Positions 55,564 through 64,000 of a DNA stretch of 64,000 nt are shown here, piece by piece. The notes under the pieces were generated by a model. That model was not told the DNA's origin. It saw only the letters and a program-made list of their open reading frames with translations, and ran no database searches. Every line of letters begins with the position of its first letter. Within the stretch, counting starts at the first letter, position 1. This DNA comes from Bdellovibrionota bacterium (lineage in GTDB: Bacteria; Bdellovibrionota_C; UBA2361; OMII01): contig JBIJBE010000004.1 of assembly GCA_044345405.1 (NCBI GenBank), positions 32,001 to 96,000 of the forward strand, in the 5' to 3' direction. Both the position numbers and the translations under genes were made by a program.

Positions 55564-56442
55564 ATGGTAGAGAGCAAACTCCCGAGTCCGGTCACCTTTG
55601 GAGCCATCGGTGACGCCTATGGGTTTTGCTTTGAGTTCGTCGATAATCCGCGGAACGATCTTCAGTATCACCAACACCCAGAGTTCTCGCACGTCAGGCC
55701 CGGCGTGTATTCGGACGACACTCAGATGCAGATCGCGTTGGCGGAAGTTATCGCCTCGGAACGGGAATGGACGCCGGATGAATTAGCGCAGGCGTTTGTT
55801 GATACCTTCAAGAGAGATCCACGGGCAGGATACGCCAAGAGATTCCACGACTTTCTCCGCTCAATAAACTCAGGACGGGAATTTCTTGAGCTAATGCGCC
55901 CTGACAGTGAACGCAACGGCGCCGCTATGCGAGCTCCCGTCATCGGGATGTTCGATTCTATCGATGAGGTCGTTCTCCGCTCCGAGATCCAAGCAAAATT
56001 GACGCATGACACGAGGGGTGGAGTTGACTCCGCGATAGCAGCCGCGTTGATGTCTCACTATTTCGCCTATTCGCTCGGAACAAAGGAGGAGCTCCCTGCT
56101 TTCCTAACCAACCACGTGCCGGGATACGACTGGAACCCGACCTGGAAGGATAAGGTTCCTGTACACGGGATTAACACGGTACAGGCCGCGGTCACAGCGG
56201 TATGCCAGTCGAATAGCCTCGCGGACCTCCTACAAAGATGCGTGGCGTTCACCGGGGATGTTGATTCGGTCGCCACTATCGCGATGGCAAGCGCCTCAAA
56301 TCACGCGAGCTTCGCTCGGGACATTCCCAACAACCTGTGGAACGATTTTGAGCCATCACGTTTCGGAATCCACTATCTCCTCGACCTTGATCAGCGAGTA
56401 CGGTCGATAGTGTACAAGATTGCGAAAAGGTCGGTCGAATAG
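55564..56442 (+). CDS. ADP-ribosylglycohydrolase family protein
   Basis: GAIGDAYG, YSDDTQM, GY, NGAAMRA, TH, GDVDS. Confidence 0.92.
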   Translation: MVESKLPSPVTFGAIGDAYGFCFEFVDNPRNDLQYHQHPEFSHVRPGVYSDDTQMQIALAEVIASEREWTPDELAQAFVDTFKRDPRAGYAKRFHDFLRSINSGREFLELMRPDSERNGAAMRAPVIGMFDSIDEVVLRSEIQAKLTHDTRGGVDSAIAAALMSHYFAYSLGTKEELPAFLTNHVPGYDWNPTWKDKVPVHGINTVQAAVTAVCQSNSLADLLQRCVAFTGDVDSVATIAMASASNHASFARDIPNNLWNDFEPSRFGIHYLLDLDQRVRSIVYKIAKRSVE

Positions 56443-56496
56443 AAGGTCGTTGCGGTCTCTGGCGTATCCCCCGATATCGACCTACTCAGGCTTTGT

Positions 56497-57273
56497 CTAT
56501 AAATTGAAATGAGCCTTCAATTCATCCGCGAAATCTTTCTGATTAAAGAGATTCGCTAACGTGACTAGTTTTCGTATCTGCTCGAGTGACAAAGTATTCT
56601 CGTCAAGGATGGGATCTTTGAGGAACAAAACGTTCGCGAACATCACTTGGGCGTTCCCCGGCCTCACATTACCCTTGCTATCAACGGGGAAAGGCTCAGG
56701 ATTAGTTTTGCGCCCCCACTTTTCCAACTGAATGTCGAAAACGTGATAGCCCAAGCTCCTCACGTAGAGTTCAACCTCAGAGAACAAGGGGCGATTATGA
56801 TGGTATTCCTGAAAGAAACACTCCGCGAAGATACCCACGCAATCATCTTTGAGGATCTTCTCCAGGTTCTTCATCACCATCAACTCGGCACCCTCAAGAT
56901 CTATTTTGAGAAAGTCGAACTTGGTGATGTTATGAATATGGAGCATCTCAATGGTGTTTTTAACATGGAGCTTTTCGGTGCTGATAATCTCTCCATCCCA
57001 AAAATTATGGAATCGAGACGCGAGTTTTACATTTTGCTTGAACAGTGATGAGGCGTGATTATTTCTCGACAGATAGAAATCGACATCTTCCCTGTCCTCG
57101 TCTCCAACCACCTCGCGAAACGTAATCTCTTTTCGGTTGAACTTACCGTACCGCAGCCCCGCTTCCTCAAACGGGTCCACGCCGATGAGCTCAACATTGG
57201 GGCCTAATTCGTCCCAAATCCCAGAGAAGCCCTCAAAAGCTCCAACATCGAAAACGGTAATTACATCGCTCAT
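56497..57273 (-). CDS. FkbM-family methyltransferase
   Basis: DVGA..G, SSL, DFLKIDLEGAE, PLFSEV....R..G; lower GC; GAGGT RBS. Confidence 0.88.
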   Translation of the reverse strand: MSDVITVFDVGAFEGFSGIWDELGPNVELIGVDPFEEAGLRYGKFNRKEITFREVVGDEDREDVDFYLSRNNHASSLFKQNVKLASRFHNFWDGEIISTEKLHVKNTIEMLHIHNITKFDFLKIDLEGAELMVMKNLEKILKDDCVGIFAECFFQEYHHNRPLFSEVELYVRSLGYHVFDIQLEKWGRKTNPEPFPVDSKGNVRPGNAQVMFANVLFLKDPILDENTLSLEQIRKLVTLANLFNQKDFADELKAHFNL

Positions 57274-57611
57274 TGTTACCTACCTCACGTGGCGCCGTAC
57301 CCAGAAACGGGCCTCTGAACAGTTGTTAGGGAGCCGTCACAACAGTACGTTAGATCTACACACGACTCGACGTCCCTTCTCGCCATAATGGGGGGCTCCA
57401 TCATCGCCGCGACCATCACAAGAAGTACCCGAAAATCCGCGCCGCGGCGACTGGCTATATTCGCCATCGAGACCCGGTCGCCCCGCCGGCTACGTCAAAC
57501 CCGCCACGGCACCGGGGAGGAAGCCGAAACTCGAGAATGGGCAGCCATTTTTTAGTTGATTCGAACGTGGCGACCTGTACCATACTCTTAGGCAAAACCG
57601 ATCGACATACC

Positions 57612-58484
57612 ATGCGCGACCAATCCCCAACGTCGAACACCCACAAAGATCCAGCGCCCCGTCTTCCAGCCCTCGCGATGCCGGAAAGACTGGTGATGAT
57701 TCGTCATGGAGAGAGCGAAATCAACGTCATCAATCGCGCGCTCAAACGAGGGACGATCTCTGAATATCCCCAAGCGGCCCTTTCGACACCAGACCGAGAA
57801 TTTCGCCTCTCAAACCGAGGACGCAATCAAGCGGATATAACTGGTAGATGGTTGAAAGAGGCGCATCCAGAGGGCTTTGACGTTATTTACGTCTCCGATC
57901 ACGTGCGTGCGAGGGAAACTGCGGGCCTCGTCTGCCGAGAGGCTGGATGGAAAGAGGTGTTAATCCGAATTGATCCCCAACTTGGAGAGAGAAACTGGGG
58001 CCGATTCGCTTTCGTTGATACTGACCGCCGACGAGAGGTCATGGAATTACGCCAAAGGGATCCCCTTCACGCACCGATGCCCGATGGCGAAACCTTACTG
58101 CAAACCCGCACTCGAACTCGAGTTCTTCTGGAGCGAATCGCTCGCGAAAACCGTGGACAACGAGTCTTAGTGTTCTCGCATGGTGAGTACATCGAAGCGT
58201 TGTGGGCCGAGGTCGGTCACTTTTCTACGGAAGCGCAACGCGAGTTCTTCCAGACTCCAGTGGGAGACATAAAAAATTGTCAGGTGGTGGAGTTTACCTC
58301 CCGCGATCCCATGAGCGGGGAGCCCCGGGGGCAACTCCGATGGGTAAAGAGCTCGTGCCCCCACGCGGGACTCGCAGGGAGCTGGAGTGAGTTCCAGTAC
58401 CAAAAGTTCTCGCCTGAGGAGCTTCTCGCCACAGTTGAGCGATACCCGCACCTCCCGGATCTGAACACCCTCACCCATCCGTAA
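57612..58484 (+). CDS. Histidine phosphatase (phosphoglycerate mutase-like) family
   Basis: RHGESE.N, LS..G..QA, S...RA.ETA, L.ER.WG, P.GE, SHG, N. Confidence 0.92.
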   Translation: MRDQSPTSNTHKDPAPRLPALAMPERLVMIRHGESEINVINRALKRGTISEYPQAALSTPDREFRLSNRGRNQADITGRWLKEAHPEGFDVIYVSDHVRARETAGLVCREAGWKEVLIRIDPQLGERNWGRFAFVDTDRRREVMELRQRDPLHAPMPDGETLLQTRTRTRVLLERIARENRGQRVLVFSHGEYIEALWAEVGHFSTEAQREFFQTPVGDIKNCQVVEFTSRDPMSGEPRGQLRWVKSSCPHAGLAGSWSEFQYQKFSPEELLATVERYPHLPDLNTLTHP

Positions 58485-58656
58485 TCGACACGGAACACCC
58501 TTGTAGTCGGCTCTCAGAACGCGACAGATCCTGACTAATATCACCACCATCGTGGGAGGACCCGCTCTACAATCCCGAAGATGTGATTCGATAGGTCACG
58601 AAATCGCTTAGTTGGGCATACCCCTCGTGATACGCTCAAGCAAAGTCGCTTGAAAC

Positions 58657-59403
58657 ATGTGGAGCACAATGACGGGTCGCCAAGCTCTTGTTGAAGTTAC
58701 GAGGGAAAAGCACGCCACCGCTGTGCTCGCTGCTCATCAACCCTTTCCAGTAGGTCTCGATACGAGACCCTTCAATATCGAACAGAGCGAGGCGCTCCTC
58801 ACCTCGCCGTGCGACTGGACGAAATCGGTGCCCTCCTTTCTTTTTCGACATATCGCGCAACGGGATGGTGGAGCCTGTTTCACTGAGCTGAAACAGAACG
58901 CCGAACGGGAATTTTTATCCAATAATCCCACTGAATGGGGATTCCCCGTTTTCCGATTGGCTGACTTTTTGGAGTCCGCCTATCGCTGTGGGCTCCTGGC
59001 AAAGAACTTTATCGCGCCAAACGGCGATATCTATTCACCCCATCGGACCCTCATGTATGAGATCGCCTCCGATGCACAAGCTCTTCTCGCGCAGCACGCC
59101 CCAGCTGAAATTGATAAGAGAGCCGACACCATCCCATCACTCCCCGAAGCGGGGAGAGCCCACGCGCCCGCGCAGCTGGAGCCGGTGGTAGACTATCTTA
59201 AAGAGCATGGCCCAAGTGTACGGGACACCATGCTCGATACCCTTACACGGTCTGCATCGGACGATACCGTCCAGACGGCATGGGATCACTTAGAGGACGC
59301 GATCGATGAAGGACTCAAGCTCGGAATCCTCTCTCAGAGGGAGGATAGGCTTGGAGCTCGGGTACTCTCCATTACCACCGAAGATAGCATCGACGCGCGG
59401 TAG
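58657..59403 (+). CDS. Hypothetical protein
   Basis: 248-aa ORF; no family recognised. Confidence 0.6.
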   Translation: MWSTMTGRQALVEVTREKHATAVLAAHQPFPVGLDTRPFNIEQSEALLTSPCDWTKSVPSFLFRHIAQRDGGACFTELKQNAEREFLSNNPTEWGFPVFRLADFLESAYRCGLLAKNFIAPNGDIYSPHRTLMYEIASDAQALLAQHAPAEIDKRADTIPSLPEAGRAHAPAQLEPVVDYLKEHGPSVRDTMLDTLTRSASDDTVQTAWDHLEDAIDEGLKLGILSQREDRLGARVLSITTEDSIDAR

Positions 59404-59726
59404 AACGTTATCGATAGGGAATCGGCGATACAACAGGAAAGGGTTCGCGACAACATCGCCCCTGACACCTCATGGTACCGTGCGAACGCGACATGCCTGA
59501 GATACGCACGCAGTAATGGAGGCTGAGCGCCCTGGCGCCCACCACCACGGTGTCGTTATTTCGAATACCCCAATTTAGCATATCCCGTCTGTTCGATCCT
59601 TTCCTCAAAGCGGGTACCTGACTACTATATGACCAAAATTATCAACTGTAGCTTCCCATGGGGACCCTCGACGCGAGCGACGGCACAGGGACAATACGAG
59701 CTCAAATTGTGTAAGGATGCGCGGCA

Positions 59727-60200
59727 ATGAGTGGGTATAGAATATTCGAGATGGGGATGCCACGCGCTGACGCGTGTCGAGATGTGTTGCGAGCCCTGCC
59801 GGAGTGGTTCGCGTTGGAGTCGTACATCGAGTCCTACGTTGTCGACACGGAGCGATACGAGACATTCGGCGCGTACGACAGCAATCGTACCCTCGTCGGA
59901 TTTGTGACCCTCAAGAGCCACAACCAGTTCACAAATGAAATTCACGTTATGGCGGTATTGCCCGAGCATCACGGTCGCGGCGTTGGAAGTATGCTCGTAT
60001 CGTGCGCTGAACAACGCTCTCGAGAGCAGGGCTTTGAACTCCTTGAGGTCAAGACCTTAGGACCGAGTCGCTCCGACCCCTTCTTTGACAAGACACGAAC
60101 CTTTTACCTTAAAGCTGGCTTCCTCCCCGTTGAGGAGTTCCATGGAGTGTGGCCCGACAATCCGTGCCTCGTCATGGTGATGCCACTTACAATGCGGTGA
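59727..60200 (+). CDS. GNAT N-acetyltransferase
   Basis: LPEWF, EIHVMAV....HGRGVG, VKTLGPS, FY...GF. Confidence 0.9.
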   Translation: MSGYRIFEMGMPRADACRDVLRALPEWFALESYIESYVVDTERYETFGAYDSNRTLVGFVTLKSHNQFTNEIHVMAVLPEHHGRGVGSMLVSCAEQRSREQGFELLEVKTLGPSRSDPFFDKTRTFYLKAGFLPVEEFHGVWPDNPCLVMVMPLTMR

Positions 60201-60257
60201 GTCGCAATTAGGCTGGAAGGCAAGCGCTCGCGATGAGCGCTTCCACCGTGGGGCGTT

Positions 60258-60590
60258 TCACGTCTGCGTTGAGGCGACCCTCAAGAGAATGCTACCCCCG
60301 ATGATCATGACAAGGCCGGCGATCTTCATGATGGTCACCGATTCGCCAAAGACGACAACACCCACCAGGGCTATCGTCGCGGTTCCTACCCCAGACCAAA
60401 TGGCGTAGACGATCCCGACCTCTAAGGTCTTAAGAGCCTGTGACATAAGCCCCAAGCTTCCGAGGAAAAAACACACCACCCCGATACTGGGGATAAGGCG
60501 CGTAAAACCGAGCGAAAGCTTCAGGCAGGTGGTACCGGAAAGTTCGAACAGGATAGCGATAGCGAGCATGAGCCATGGATTCATGTTCAC
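60258..60590 (-). CDS. SMR-family (EmrE/QacE-like) small multidrug efflux transporter
   Basis: W..L..AI..E..GT..LK.S.GF, YAIWSG.GT, FGE; four TMs. Confidence 0.92.
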   Translation of the reverse strand: MNMNPWLMLAIAILFELSGTTCLKLSLGFTRLIPSIGVVCFFLGSLGLMSQALKTLEVGIVYAIWSGVGTATIALVGVVVFGESVTIMKIAGLVMIIGGSILLRVASTQT

Positions 60591-60708
60591 AGCTTAGATC
60601 ATCAGGCAAGGAAGTTGTAGAGATCCTCGGGATTCAAAGGGAGCGCAAGAGGTGCGTCAGAGGACCCGAGGTTCTTTGCCGAACAGGCTCCACACAAGAG
60701 AACGGGGA

Positions 60709-61563
60709 TCATGCCCACGAGCTTCGAACAAACGCGTATCGCTTGAAGAGAACGCGGAAATCCTCAATAGCGTCCTCAAGGGCGCTCTCCGGATGGTACA
60801 GGCCATCATTACGCCCATCCACAAAGACGAAGCGATCTTGCGTATCACAAGAGCGGTCATGAAAGGGAGGTTGTCTGCCTCCAACAACGATATTGTCGAA
60901 GTGATGATCGAGGAGGAGTCCGAGCGCTGGATCATCGGGCGAACGGGACTCTCGCCAGATCGCCCGCATAAGCGTCGGAATGGTTGTGTATCCGATATCC
61001 CATTCGCGCTCCGACAATCCACGTTGAGTGGCGAGCGACAAGAAGGTTTCCCCCCTTACGAACGGAGCGACCGCGACAAGCCTATGGCCATGGAAAGGCA
61101 CCTCTTCCTCGAGAGCGATGTGCCGCTTTACCCACTCCGCGCGAAATGTGGGCGGTTGAGTTCGCGGAAGTTTCTCGTCATGAGAGACCAGATTTGTATC
61201 AGAGACCTTCACCACAAAAGCTTCATCACGATCGAGAGCCGAAACGGTCAACACTTGCCGTTGAGTGCCCACAGCTACGGACGGAGATACCGTAAATCGA
61301 TCGCCCGTCAATCGCGCGCTCAGATGTTCAATCGCGGCCCTAACGACATCTGCCCCTTCAGTCGGGGAAAGCAATCGTCGAGGGGGCGTGAGAGTCGCGG
61401 AGGAGACGCACGTCAAGCTTTCGGGAACATGAATAGCCGGTCGCTGAGATACAAACATAAAGGAAGGCCCAGGTGACTTCTTACGTGCTAGCTTCTCACA
61501 TAGTGGCGCGCTAGTTGTAAAAAGGTGAAAGATGGTGAAGTTAGGGCTACTTAAGGGTTCCAT
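60709..61563 (-). CDS. Hypothetical protein, possible atypical protein-kinase fold
   Basis: FVVKV, PFVRGE, LLDHHFDNIVV (D-x4-N), FVFVDG in kinase-like order. Confidence 0.5.
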   Translation of the reverse strand: MEPLSSPNFTIFHLFTTSAPLCEKLARKKSPGPSFMFVSQRPAIHVPESLTCVSSATLTPPRRLLSPTEGADVVRAAIEHLSARLTGDRFTVSPSVAVGTQRQVLTVSALDRDEAFVVKVSDTNLVSHDEKLPRTQPPTFRAEWVKRHIALEEEVPFHGHRLVAVAPFVRGETFLSLATQRGLSEREWDIGYTTIPTLMRAIWRESRSPDDPALGLLLDHHFDNIVVGGRQPPFHDRSCDTQDRFVFVDGRNDGLYHPESALEDAIEDFRVLFKRYAFVRSSWA

Positions 61564-61803
61564 CCCTAACTTTTTCTCTCAGAGACAGAGCGCGGTAAAT
61601 CCGACAGAGGTACGATTTCAAATCGGATGCAATCGTGCTGCTCGGGTCGAGCCGAAACATGGATTATTCCTTTTTAAAAATTGTTTTCAAATCGATAAAC
61701 TGAATGTTTGTGTCGCGCGGTCACTGAGAGAAATAGTTGGGGACGCTGACTTGGCCCGAAATAAGAGGTTGCCAAAAACAATCTTGGTGGCCATGTATCT
61801 TTT

Positions 61804-62625
61804 ATGAGACGAATTCTTTCTGTTCTTTCTGCAACATCAATCCTGATATCTGGCTGCGGGGGGCACACTCCACGCCTCGGAGCGCCGGAGGGTCTGATAG
61901 GTAAAGATAATGCGCGCGTTCGAATCGTCGATCTCACCCATGAATTTGATGTCGACTCACCGCACTGGAAGGGAGATCCTCCCATGCGCCGCAAAACCGT
62001 CTACACCATCGCTCGAGATGGATTCTTGCTTGAGGAGTACTGTCACGTCGGACAGTGGGGGACTCACGTAGATCCACCGGCCCACTTTCACAAAGGATTG
62101 AGAACGAGCGACGAAATACCGGTCTCCGAACTAATCCTTCCGCTTGTCGTCATCGATGTACACAAAAAGGTAGAGAATAATCCCGACTACGTGCTCACCC
62201 TCGATGATATTCACGAGTGGGAGAATCGCCACGGCCCCATCCCGCAGGGCTCCTTTGTGGCGATGCGCACCGATTGGTCTAAACGGTGGACGAGCGAAGC
62301 GGAGATGCAAAATCGCGACGCGCGCGGCGTCGCGCACTATCCGGGCTGGAGTATCGAGACCCTACGATATCTCTATGAGGTTCGAAACATAACCGCTTCT
62401 GGACATGAAACAACCGATACCGATCCGGGCCTCTCCGTGTCAAAAGACACCTACGAGCTGGAGTCCTTCATTTTGAAACATAACCGATATCAGGTCGAAC
62501 TCCTCGCGAACCTCGACCAGGTTCCAGAGGCTGGCGGCGTTGTGTTTGTCGGAGTTCCCAAGGTTAAGCGAGGATCCGGTTTTCCAGCTCGAGCGATAGC
62601 GATCGTTCCTGCTACTGAGGGTTGA
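61804..62625 (+). CDS. Cyclase / kynurenine formamidase-like metal hydrolase, lipoprotein
   Basis: Lipobox LISG-C; DLTH, GQWGTHVDPPAHF, RTDWS, YPG, GHET.DTD, E.L.NL, GSGFPAR. Confidence 0.9.
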   Translation: MRRILSVLSATSILISGCGGHTPRLGAPEGLIGKDNARVRIVDLTHEFDVDSPHWKGDPPMRRKTVYTIARDGFLLEEYCHVGQWGTHVDPPAHFHKGLRTSDEIPVSELILPLVVIDVHKKVENNPDYVLTLDDIHEWENRHGPIPQGSFVAMRTDWSKRWTSEAEMQNRDARGVAHYPGWSIETLRYLYEVRNITASGHETTDTDPGLSVSKDTYELESFILKHNRYQVELLANLDQVPEAGGVVFVGVPKVKRGSGFPARAIAIVPATEG

Positions 62626-62946
62626 GGAGGTTCTTCGCCCCGTCCTGAGGCGCCTCAAGGGGCAACTCCTCTCGACCTCATCGGTAACCTCGCGAGATTC
62701 TTTCACTCAGACGCAAAAATAATCCGTAACCCTCTACGAAAACATATCTTTTTGCGCTCTGGCTCTTCCAATGCGACCCATAGTAGGGTCAACTCCTACG
62801 GAGTGACCGTAGACCGTGCGGAATACCCTACACCTTTCGTAGGAAGTGGTTCACAATACAGAGAAGCCGCATGACGTAGGGAGATGAGGTCGGTTGATGA
62901 TGTATAGGGGTACACATCAAGACCTCCCACCACTGAAGAGAAGACG

Positions 62947-64000
62947 ATGCAGCGAGCAAGCAAAACGGGTAGCGAGAAAAAGGGACCAACCCTCAAAACA
63001 TCAACTTCTCGCGCCATCGCGAGTCTCGCGAACGAAGAGTTAGTCTGGTCCTACAAAACCATCCTCCTTTCACGCCTCCTCGACGAAAAAACGATCACCC
63101 TCTACAAGCAGAATAAGTGCCACTTCCAAATAAGCTGCGCGGGACATGAGGGGATTCAGGTAGCCACAGCTCGTGTGTTCAGATCCGGACACGATTGGTT
63201 CTATCCATACTACCGTGACATGGCGCTCGTGGTCGGACTCGGCATGACAGCCGAGGAGATCATGATGAACGCCATGAATAAGGTGAACGATCCGAACTCG
63301 CACGGCCGAATGATGCCGATGCACTACTGTTCGGTGCCCCTCCGTATTCCCCCTCAAAGCTCCCCCACAGGGAGTCAATTCCTCCAAGCGGTCGGATGCG
63401 CGCTCGGAGCGAAGATGAAACACCTCGACGAGGTAGTATACGTCTCGGCTGGTGAGGGAACGTGCTCACAGGGCGATTTCCACGAAGCCCTAAACTGGGC
63501 AGCTCGTGAGAAGCTTCCCGTTGTCTTCGTCATTCAGAACAACGATTACGCGATCTCGGTCCACATCTCAGAGCAACTCGCCGGCTCAAGTATCGCGACG
63601 ATAGCGCAGAACTACGAGAACCTTCATACCGCGCAAGTGAACGGGTCGGATGTTGAGGCGTCGACCGCGGCGCTTAAATTCGCGCACGACCGAGCTCGTC
63701 GTGGCGAGGGCCCCTCGCTCATCGAGGCGCATGTACCACGATTACAAAGCCACTCAATCTCCGATAATCACCTGAAGTACAGAACATCTGAGGACCTCGC
63801 GAAGGAGCAACTCCGATGTCCACTCCGACTTACGAGAGCGATGTTGTTGGACCGCAAAGTCCTCACTCAAGCTCAGATCGAGGAGATGCACGCGGACATC
63901 AAGAACCTCGTGGATCGCGCGGCGGAGGACGCCGAACAGACCCCAGATCCAACAGCGAGCGACGCGACAACACACACCTTCAAAAACCCCACGCCATGGG
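62947..64000 (+). CDS. 2-oxoacid (branched-chain-type) dehydrogenase E1 alpha, possibly alpha-beta fusion; runs off window end
   Basis: Absent from the ORF track (no stop). Read manually: SRLLDE, FQISCAGHE, DWFYPYYRD, GRMMPMH, GEG...QGDFHEALN, QNNDYAIS (TPP motif), HS.SD...YR. Confidence 0.92.
   Translation, partial: MQRASKTGSEKKGPTLKTSTSRAIASLANEELVWSYKTILLSRLLDEKTITLYKQNKCHFQISCAGHEGIQVATARVFRSGHDWFYPYYRDMALVVGLGMTAEEIMMNAMNKVNDPNSHGRMMPMHYCSVPLRIPPQSSPTGSQFLQAVGCALGAKMKHLDEVVYVSAGEGTCSQGDFHEALNWAAREKLPVVFVIQNNDYAISVHISEQLAGSSIATIAQNYENLHTAQVNGSDVEASTAALKFAHDRARRGEGPSLIEAHVPRLQSHSISDNHLKYRTSEDLAKEQLRCPLRLTRAMLLDRKVLTQAQIEEMHADIKNLVDRAAEDAEQTPDPTASDATTHTFKNPTPW

Noticed and set aside
60652-61476. 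274-aa plus-strand ORF
   Set aside because: Arg/Ser-rich with no motifs; the opposite strand has kinase-like motifs and better composition
1-64000. Transposase, integrase, prophage, rRNA or CRISPR array
   Set aside because: None recognised in any frame; the enzyme mobilising the REP-like elements must lie outside the window if it exists

Overview
64-kb fragment of a Gram-negative bacterial chromosome, by eye mid-50s % GC. Gene content (csrA-fliW, sigma54-type flgE promoter, Hanks kinase, Cys-rich exported proteins) suggests a deltaproteobacterium-like lineage such as Bdellovibrionota/Myxococcota; this is inference only. Housekeeping content: M42 peptidase, htpX, cyclophilin, DsbA, Pfk, murJ, aguAB, a menI-F-D-H-B-A-C-E menaquinone operon, nuoA, tRNA-Arg(UCU), rluA, crcB, arfB, lpdA-lipB, a DEAD-box helicase and a 2-oxoacid dehydrogenase E1 running off the right end. 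Flagellar/type III genes are scattered as orphans (csrA-fliW; fliH/sctL-fliI/sctN; flgE). Most interesting: (1) a 16.1-23.5 kb locus with two paralogous, signal-peptide-bearing, half-length RHS/YD proteins lacking a toxin C-terminus, a separately exported protein carrying a ParB-like polymorphic-toxin domain at its N-terminus, and an HD hydrolase, a candidate split-cage/toxin-in-trans system; (2) two REP-like inverted doublets whose hairpins are interrupted by four 25-31 nt palindromic mini-insertions; (3) CsrA fused to a Cys4 zinc ribbon; (4) a membrane-anchored tandem AAA+ (Cdc48-like) ATPase; (5) a divergent Thg1-like 3'-5' polymerase; (6) a possible +1 shifty-stop junction between lpdA and a start-less lipB. 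All family calls come from motif recognition by eye; no searches were run.
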